Below are positions 57,725 to 64,000 of a stretch of DNA of 64,000 bases, one piece after another. Numbering within the stretch: the stretch's first letter is position 1; the number at the start of each line of letters is the position of its first letter. Made by a program: the position numbers and the translations under genes. Origin of the DNA: a virus (taxonomy: Duplodnaviria; Caudoviricetes); the IMG/VR virus record IMGVR_UViG_3300017912_001273, positions 1 to 64,000 of that record; one strand, 5' to 3'. A model generated the notes under the pieces. The model made no database searches. It was given only the letters and a program-made list of their open reading frames with translations, and had not been told where the DNA came from.

Positions 57725-57928
57725 ATGAAGTATCTAGTAATAATGGTGATGTTATTAACTTTTGTGTCTTGTGGTCCTACACAAGAGTTAATATCAAAGA
57801 CACCTAAAACAACAAGGGAAGCTGTCATTTATGAAGACAAAGTAGTAATTATAACAAGAACTACTATTTCCAAGGACCGCTATAAAGAGCTTATAGCTTC
57901 AAGAAATAAAAATCCAGAAGGTAATTAA
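57725..57928 (+). CDS. Small lipoprotein
   Basis: MKYLVIMVMLLTFVSC; TATCTTTA box at 57691-57698. Confidence 0.65.
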   Translation: MKYLVIMVMLLTFVSCGPTQELISKTPKTTREAVIYEDKVVIITRTTISKDRYKELIASRNKNPEGN

Positions 57929-57931
57929 TTT

Positions 57932-60900
57932 TTACAAACTAAATCCTATACTGTTAAGCCCTGCTCTAACTTGATTATAGTAAAAACTTGCAGTTGAACC
58001 ATTAGTCATATTATTTCTATAAGCAATTCTAGTTGGAGCACCGCTTGACTGATTATACAATGTCTGAGTATTTACATCGTAAGCTGTTGCATCAGGAGCA
58101 TATGTAAATCCATTTGAAGCTCTACCACCTGTAGCACACAAACCTGTTGCTCCTAATATAGGTTCTAAGTTTGCACCATTAGCTCCAGTTTCTTGGACAT
58201 TATAGAATATAGCTCTGTATACACTATTATTTCCAGCAGCAGTCTCTATACTATTTATATAGCTCTGAACATCTTGTATGTCACTAACAATATCAGTAAC
58301 TACAGTATTTGCACGGTCTGACCAAGTGCCTGCACCAGTTCCAGCAATATTATATACACTAGATTCATCAGCAAACCCTAGTATAACAATATTTTCTGCA
58401 TCTGGGAAATAACCAGAAGAACCTATTGTAAATCCTTCACCAGCGTTTGAAAGATATTGTATTTGTCTTTCTTCTACCATGTGACCCCAATATATATGAG
58501 AGTCATACATATCTTGACCATTTGTAGCTGGATCTGTATTAAAATCTGGTGATCCTTTGACTCCACCTGTTGCATAGAAATCTTGTAATAAGTTTCTTAA
58601 ATTAGTTGAGTCAGCATAGTCTGTATCTTTTTGTGCTTGAGTTGTAGTAAATGTAAGAACTTGATTAGAAGTTGCTGTAATACTATTGCTAAGTTGAATA
58701 TTATTACCACCACCACCACTTACTACAGTAGTTCCAGCTGGTACACCACTACCGCTTACTTCCATACCATTAGTAACACATAAATATGCATTTGATGCTT
58801 TACCAGAACTATCATTTATTTTTTTAGATTCAACATTACCAGCACCAGCAGCACTAAGATTGATATTTGTTCCACTTTGACCGCTTGCTCCAAGGAAGAC
58901 TTTTACTTCTGCAGCACTTACCATTCCTGCCATTACTTGAATAGTAGTATTCATAGATCCAGAAGTATCACTCCAAAATACAAAATATGTATCTTTTGTT
59001 ACTGCTAAGCCACCAATATCAAAACTTTGTGATGCAGTACTTGTTCCATCACTAACATTTAATTGAACAGGGAAATTACCACCAGTATTAGGGAAGGTAC
59101 CTGTTAATGTACCAGTACAGTCTCCATTATTAGTAAACGTTAACCAACTTGGAATAGTCTGAGATGGGAATGTTAAGCTACCACAAGGTGTATCTACATC
59201 TGCAACTGTCCAGTTGTATGTCCATGTGTCACCACCTGTTAGGTTAGGGTATGTATTAGCACTTACAGGATCAGTAGATGTCCATTCTGGAGCATCATCA
59301 ACAGCATTAACTGTTACAGTTACTGTAGCTATATTACTATCACAGTATCCGTCATTTGCTTGATAAGTAAATGTTATTGTACCAAAGAAGTTATCATCTG
59401 GTTCAAGTGTAAATGCACCAGTAGCAGCATCAAATGTAAATGTTTTAGTATCATTTGGTTGCTGAATAACAGTATATGTTAAACCATAACCACCATATCC
59501 ATCATCTGAAACGTTTAGAGTGTTTACTAGTGCTTCATCTTCATTAATAGTAAAGCTTAAAGGGCCTGCAACAGGGCACTGATTATCTGAATATATCTTA
59601 CAACATGCATCCCAATTCATTTGCCTTGCTGAAGAACCTGGTGTATCATACATCTCACCTCTAATCTTAAGCTTTTCTCCATATAAAAGAGTTGAGGTCT
59701 GATATCCATTATCAATTGCCCCAGTCCAACCAGTACCTACACTTGCTTGATTCCAAGAAGTTTGATTGAATACTGTGCTGGTTCCCCAATTTGGGAATCT
59801 AAGAACATTATCTGCTAACAAGCTACCAGTCTTAACATTTTCAGCAATTACAAGAACTCTATCACCATCACGAAGCCAATTCATGTCTTTGATATTCTTA
59901 ACAGCTGTAGTTGAGTCATCTAGTTTTACATATGCATTAAAGTTACCATCAGTAGATGCCCACCCATCTGGTGTCATATCTAATGTATCAAAGCCAACTG
60001 CAGGTTTGATTGATGCAGCATCTCTAAACTTAAGAATATTATCATTTGCAGGATCTCTTACAACAACTTGAACAAGAGCATCATCTTGTGCAAGAGTATC
60101 TAATTTTGTTGTACCATTAATTTCAACATTTCCCTCAACAGTTAGATTACCTTGAACTGTACCATCAGCTTCTACTGTAGCATTATTTTCAACAGTTAAA
60201 TCACCTGTAACTAAAGCGTCACCTTGTACAGTTACCTTAGTTGCTGGAGTACTTGCGTCTCCATCTTGTATCAAAATAGAATCTCCTAATGAATCACCAT
60301 CAGGAGTCCATAAAGGTAATCTATATACTGTACCACTACCATCTACGTAAGGATCATCTTGCCATGAAAAAGTAGTACCATCAGATATAAGAATCTGACC
60401 TGCAGTACCAATTGGTAGTTCTACTTTATAGTTTGTTGAATCTCCTTGCCATAGTGCACCATATGTAAGTGCTTCTACTACGTCATCATCTTGCCATTTT
60501 ACTCTACCATCAGCTAAACCAACAAGTACTTTGTTAAGGCTACCTATATTACCTAATGAATCATATACAGGGCCTTCTAGTTTTAAATTAGAGTTTATGG
60601 TTGTTGTCTCAGCTGGAGTACCTCCAGGGACATCAGTACCATGTACTACATTCACATTTGCTGTAAAAGTAGTTCCATCCATTGTGAAGTTAGCATCATC
60701 TTCTAACTCACCATTTGGACCTACAATAACTATTCTATCTTCAGTTAGATCTTCTACATTTGCACTAGCAAGAGTAGCTTGATCATCAACATTTAAAGTT
60801 CCAACAATTTGAGTATTACCTGTGCTTACTTGTACAGTAAAGTTACCTTGGCCTATATTAAAGAATGCTCCGTCAAAAGTAAAATTACCATCATCTTCTA

Positions 60901-61375
60901 GTTCTCCATTAGGGCCAACTATAACAATACGGTCTTCTGTAAGATCTAAAATATTTGCTGAGCCAGCTGTTAATTGTAAATCAATGACTGCATTACCATC
61001 TACATTTAAATTATTATCTACATCTAAATCACCAGCAATATTAATTTCATTTCCTGCTATATTCTGTGATATAATTGTTTTAGTAATAGTAGCTGTTTGA
61101 CAATCACCTTGAAAGACGGGATCAGTCCACATAGTGATATGACGTTCTTCTGTTCCAGTAGGGTCTTGTCTAACCATACCTTCTTCTGTAGCACACTTGA
61201 AGTCTCCCCATTTAATAACAAAGGGCTCCATAGTTGGATTATAAACAGCACCAGTATTTAAAGTACTATTTCTGTACAGCTTACCAAACTCAAAATGATC
61301 CCTAATTTTGTCAAGTTTGATCTTCTTTTTATTTCTCTTTAAGAGTCCTAAGACTTCTTGTGTATATACACTCAT
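57932..61375 (-). CDS. Large fibre/adhesin: shared N-anchor, shaft repeats, cadherin/Ig-like domains, C-terminal vWA-like domain (1147 aa)
   Basis: LTEDRIVIVGPNGELEDD x2; INEDE...FTYQANDG..SNIATVTVTVNAVDDAP; PSWLTF; SDTSGSM MIDAS. Confidence 0.8.
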   Translation of the reverse strand: MSVYTQEVLGLLKRNKKKIKLDKIRDHFEFGKLYRNSTLNTGAVYNPTMEPFVIKWGDFKCATEEGMVRQDPTGTEERHITMWTDPVFQGDCQTATITKTIISQNIAGNEINIAGDLDVDNNLNVDGNAVIDLQLTAGSANILDLTEDRIVIVGPNGELEDDGNFTFDGAFFNIGQGNFTVQVSTGNTQIVGTLNVDDQATLASANVEDLTEDRIVIVGPNGELEDDANFTMDGTTFTANVNVVHGTDVPGGTPAETTTINSNLKLEGPVYDSLGNIGSLNKVLVGLADGRVKWQDDDVVEALTYGALWQGDSTNYKVELPIGTAGQILISDGTTFSWQDDPYVDGSGTVYRLPLWTPDGDSLGDSILIQDGDASTPATKVTVQGDALVTGDLTVENNATVEADGTVQGNLTVEGNVEINGTTKLDTLAQDDALVQVVVRDPANDNILKFRDAASIKPAVGFDTLDMTPDGWASTDGNFNAYVKLDDSTTAVKNIKDMNWLRDGDRVLVIAENVKTGSLLADNVLRFPNWGTSTVFNQTSWNQASVGTGWTGAIDNGYQTSTLLYGEKLKIRGEMYDTPGSSARQMNWDACCKIYSDNQCPVAGPLSFTINEDEALVNTLNVSDDGYGGYGLTYTVIQQPNDTKTFTFDAATGAFTLEPDDNFFGTITFTYQANDGYCDSNIATVTVTVNAVDDAPEWTSTDPVSANTYPNLTGGDTWTYNWTVADVDTPCGSLTFPSQTIPSWLTFTNNGDCTGTLTGTFPNTGGNFPVQLNVSDGTSTASQSFDIGGLAVTKDTYFVFWSDTSGSMNTTIQVMAGMVSAAEVKVFLGASGQSGTNINLSAAGAGNVESKKINDSSGKASNAYLCVTNGMEVSGSGVPAGTTVVSGGGGNNIQLSNSITATSNQVLTFTTTQAQKDTDYADSTNLRNLLQDFYATGGVKGSPDFNTDPATNGQDMYDSHIYWGHMVEERQIQYLSNAGEGFTIGSSGYFPDAENIVILGFADESSVYNIAGTGAGTWSDRANTVVTDIVSDIQDVQSYINSIETAAGNNSVYRAIFYNVQETGANGANLEPILGATGLCATGGRASNGFTYAPDATAYDVNTQTLYNQSSGAPTRIAYRNNMTNGSTASFYYNQVRAGLNSIGFSL

Positions 61376-61385
61376 GATTCAAATT

Positions 61386-61733
61386 TTATAAAAACAGTGC
61401 AGCCAGTTTTACTGAGCTTACAGCTGAGCAAGTTATTTTAATATTACCAGATGAGTCATTAAATGCCTTGGTCTCAAAAGGTCCTAAGAAACCTTCTTCA
61501 CCAGCAGCTAGATTTAAGACTGCATTTTCTTTTTTTAATGTTCCTAATAAAGGATCCACTACAGTTGTAATCTCAGGCACAACAGTTGCTGTAATTGCTG
61601 ATCCACTATCATTTTGTACGTGGAAGAACTGTTTGCCTGTATTAGCAACCTTGTCTCCTTCAGTTACAGTAGGAGTTACGTAAACAGGCTCTAGACCTGC
61701 TTGTGTTATTTGTTGTGCTGTTAATTGTGCCAT
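61386..61733 (-). CDS. Small beta-sandwich virion (decoration-like) protein
   Basis: GDKVANTGKQFFHVQN...AAGEEGFLGPF. Confidence 0.55.
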   Translation of the reverse strand: MAQLTAQQITQAGLEPVYVTPTVTEGDKVANTGKQFFHVQNDSGSAITATVVPEITTVVDPLLGTLKKENAVLNLAAGEEGFLGPFETKAFNDSSGNIKITCSAVSSVKLAALFL

Positions 61734-61744
61734 AGTTAATTATT

Positions 61745-61942
61745 TTATCCTTTTCTATATCCTTTCTTAAAAGCTGCTGACTGAACAGGTTCTGCTGCTC
61801 TAGTTGACTTTTGAGGAGGATTTAAATTACTTTTTTTAGCCATTCTAATCCTTGCTTCTACTTGCTTTCTATTCTTCTTTTGTTGAATAGCTTGTGCAAT
61901 AGAAGTAGGATCATAGTAGGAGTTTTCCATATTATGTTTCAT
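61745..61942 (-). CDS. Small basic protein
   Basis: ORF track. Confidence 0.55.
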   Translation of the reverse strand: MKHNMENSYYDPTSIAQAIQQKKNRKQVEARIRMAKKSNLNPPQKSTRAAEPVQSAAFKKGYRKG

Positions 61943-61949
61943 TGTTCTA

Positions 61950-62030
61950 TTATTTACAAGTTAAATGTGAACCATCACAGTTTCCATTTGGATTTTGTGT
62001 ATGTCCACATATGCATTGAGTATTCTTCAT
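61950..62030 (-). CDS. 26-aa CDGSH iron-sulfur motif peptide, not in ORF track
   Basis: MKNTQCICGHTQNPNGNCDGSHLTCK; starts 2 nt after upstream stop. Confidence 0.7.
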   Translation of the reverse strand: MKNTQCICGHTQNPNGNCDGSHLTCK

Positions 62031-62032
62031 GA

Positions 62033-62239
62033 TTAATATCCTTTAGATTTTTTCATTTTTTTCTTTTTCTTCTTCATGGAGCCACCTCTCTTATATTCCA
62101 TTTCTTTTCCCATTGCTGCTCCACCCATTGAGCCGTACATTTCTGTTACGTCTCCACCGTCCATCATTCCTAATAAACCGGCAGTAAGGTCACCATCTCC
62201 GGCACCTCTTGTTTTCATGTATACTTTATCTCTTGGCAT
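62033..62239 (-). CDS. Small Met/Gly/Lys-rich protein
   Basis: MMDGG, SMGG, YKRGGS, poly-K tail. Confidence 0.6.
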   Translation of the reverse strand: MPRDKVYMKTRGAGDGDLTAGLLGMMDGGDVTEMYGSMGGAAMGKEMEYKRGGSMKKKKKKMKKSKGY

Positions 62240-62251
62240 GATTTCTAAATT

Positions 62252-62722
62252 TTATTTGTTATTACTAATTGTTTTAAATTTTTCAGCTCCTCTGGAACCA
62301 AAATAAGCCACATAGACAGTAATTAAAAGTGACTTGAGTAAATCTACCCAACCACTATCTATACTAAAGTCTATATTAAAGCCATCTAACAAGATAAATA
62401 TAACTAATGAAACAGTTAAAAATATCAAAGTTAGAGGTCTTGTATTTTTAGAAAGATATGAGTCAGACTTCATATCAGCCTGCCATCTCTTACTTACTTC
62501 TTGCTGCTCAACCATATCTTGTTCTAACAGCTTTAATGCGTATTCTTTGTCTTCAGGTGATAGAACTTTAGGATCTTCCTTTTCTATCAAACCTTTTACA
62601 ACACCAAGTACTCCTGCATCAGGTAATACATCACCAACAACACCTAATATGCTAGGTACTTTTTCAGTGAGAAATTGTCCCACCTTGGTTTCTTTAAATT
62701 TCTTTTTAGGTTTTGTACTCAT
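62252..62722 (-). CDS. Holin (3TM/GTA-type)
   Basis: RWQADMKSDSYLSKNTRPLTL, TM helices, AYFGSRGAEK. Confidence 0.8.
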   Translation of the reverse strand: MSTKPKKKFKETKVGQFLTEKVPSILGVVGDVLPDAGVLGVVKGLIEKEDPKVLSPEDKEYALKLLEQDMVEQQEVSKRWQADMKSDSYLSKNTRPLTLIFLTVSLVIFILLDGFNIDFSIDSGWVDLLKSLLITVYVAYFGSRGAEKFKTISNNK

Positions 62723-63726
62723 TACGGATATATTTTTATTGTTAATGGTGTTCTATATAATAAATCATCTCCCAAAGTTGATCCTCCACTAGGTGAATGC
62801 AGCATTGAACTAATTTTAAATCCATCATTACCTGAATCATAAACATGTGCATATCCATATCTATTTTTAAACACCATGCCTATATTTATGACTACTTTGT
62901 CTGCGTCAGCAACAGCTGAACTATATGTTAAATCATATAATCCTGCACTTGAACGGGCAAAAGTAAATGTTTTACCTGTTGAATTGTGCAATATATTAGC
63001 TGTTGGAGCTGAACTACCAGTCTGCTCTATCAACATCTCAGCATATGTATATGGTAATGATATGTCAACATGATTAGTATTCTGTGCAATATCTAAAGTA
63101 TTATCTGTTGATCTTAGAGTTCTAAATTCTAAATCAACTCCTGTCTTCTGTTTGAAAAAACCTGCATCACCACCAAGATTACTTGCAGTATTAGCTTCAC
63201 CACTACCACCGCCTGTTGCACTTATAGTAATCTCATTACCACTTTGGCTAATATTAACATTAGAACCTCCTACTAGAGATCTAAAGTTTAATGTTTCACC
63301 AACTTTATCTTTCCAAATACCAACTCCACCACCTACGTTGGCAGCAGTGTTTGGCTCTCCTGATGTAGTTATCTCTATATAATTATCATCAGCAGATGTA
63401 GCAAGGGTGAGGTTGCTGCTCAGAGACTTCAGAGATCTGTAAAATACAGTACATGTCTCAAGAACTTCATCAGATACTGTTTTCTGATATACTTGACCAG
63501 TGCCAGCAGCTGGAGTAGCTGGAGAATTTGCGTGAGCACAGTGTTCTGCAGCAACCTTAAGATCCCTTACTTTTATGATCTTAATACTTTTATAAGGTAT
63601 TGGTGAGGCAACACCCGTCATTTCTGGTTCCTCATTAGTACCTAGGACAAGAACATCATTTAAGTCTGCCTTCTTGACAAACTGGCTTCTCCTTATTAAA
63701 CTTAATACGTCAGTTAAAATATTCAT
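62722..63726 (-). CDS. Fibre/decoration protein with shared N-terminal anchor (334 aa)
   Basis: MNILTDVLSLIRR...DVLVLG...IKVRDLK; repeat ExNTAxNxGG...LxFRxL x2. Confidence 0.75.
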   Translation of the reverse strand: MNILTDVLSLIRRSQFVKKADLNDVLVLGTNEEPEMTGVASPIPYKSIKIIKVRDLKVAAEHCAHANSPATPAAGTGQVYQKTVSDEVLETCTVFYRSLKSLSSNLTLATSADDNYIEITTSGEPNTAANVGGGVGIWKDKVGETLNFRSLVGGSNVNISQSGNEITISATGGGSGEANTASNLGGDAGFFKQKTGVDLEFRTLRSTDNTLDIAQNTNHVDISLPYTYAEMLIEQTGSSAPTANILHNSTGKTFTFARSSAGLYDLTYSSAVADADKVVINIGMVFKNRYGYAHVYDSGNDGFKISSMLHSPSGGSTLGDDLLYRTPLTIKIYP

Positions 63727-63899
63727 TATCCACTGTATGTATTATGGGTACCTCCACCTAACTTAGCTTTCTTACCACCCTTATTATATTTTTCTAACAT
63801 AGACTTTTCCATTATCTCATCAAGCTCACCACCCTTGCCTAAAAGTAATTTAAACTTTTGTCTACTCATTTTTTGCTTTGGTAACTTCTTATGTTTCAT
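63726..63899 (-). CDS. 57-aa basic protein with xxGG motifs, not in ORF track
   Basis: MKHKKLPKQKMSRQKFKLLLGKGGELDEIMEKSMLEKYNKGGKKAKLGGGTHNTYSG; TAATG coupling. Confidence 0.6.
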   Translation of the reverse strand: MKHKKLPKQKMSRQKFKLLLGKGGELDEIMEKSMLEKYNKGGKKAKLGGGTHNTYSG

Positions 63900-63902
63900 C
63901 TT

Positions 63903-64000
63903 TTAGATATCTAACGTTAATGTTATAAATAACAAATACAGCTTGAAGGTATAATAATTATTCCTTTCATCTGGTTTGATACACTCCCATCCCAAAGCCA
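63903..64000 (-). CDS. 3' end of a hypothetical protein
   Basis: ...ALGWECIKPDERNNYYTFKLYLLFITLTLDI stop. Confidence 0.5.
   Translation of the reverse strand, partial: ALGWECIKPDERNNYYTFKLYLLFITLTLDI

Noticed and set aside
1-64000. Prophage within a bacterial chromosome
   Set aside because: No integrase, att site or host housekeeping flank; gene content is phage-like across the whole window.

Overview
This window is part of an AT-rich tailed dsDNA phage genome of crAss-like (Crassvirales-type) architecture. The host is most likely Bacteroidota/Flavobacteriia, judged from TAnnTTTG promoter boxes and a DUF4846-like gene. It uses the standard genetic code and has three blocks. (i) 1-29.8 kb, minus strand: tail/head fibres, crAss-like hub/ring/auxiliary capsid genes, major capsid protein, scaffold, portal, terminase, GroES, nuclease, HU/IHF-like genes, amidase endolysin and small Lys-rich proteins. 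(ii) 30.0-57.9 kb, plus strand: early lipoprotein/membrane genes, 3 tRNAs (Arg-TCT, Leu-TAA, Ile2/Met-CAT), SF2 helicase, UDG, DnaB, Sak4-like ATPase, SSB-like proteins, primase, resolvase, a vWA-metallopeptidase/MoxR AAA+ locus, family B DNA polymerase, a SET-domain protein and a spore-photoproduct-lyase-like radical SAM enzyme. (iii) 57.9-64 kb, minus strand: adhesin-like fibres, holin and small basic proteins. No RNA polymerase, integrase, CRISPR array or reverse transcriptase is visible. Best leads: (1) a five-gene MoxR/vWA-protease module whose three flanking unknown proteins share an unnamed helical motif, two of them also BRCT-like; (2) a coupled PolB-SET-SPL cassette alongside many Lys-rich xxGG proteins; (3) four fibres that share one N-terminal anchor but carry different tips, one a cadherin+vWA adhesin; (4) microproteins missed by the ORF track (a C2H2 zinc finger and a 26-aa CDGSH peptide); (5) a repeated AGCTATA-N3/4-TGC intergenic element and structured non-coding DNA at the strand switch. 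All family calls come from reading motifs by eye; no database search was run.
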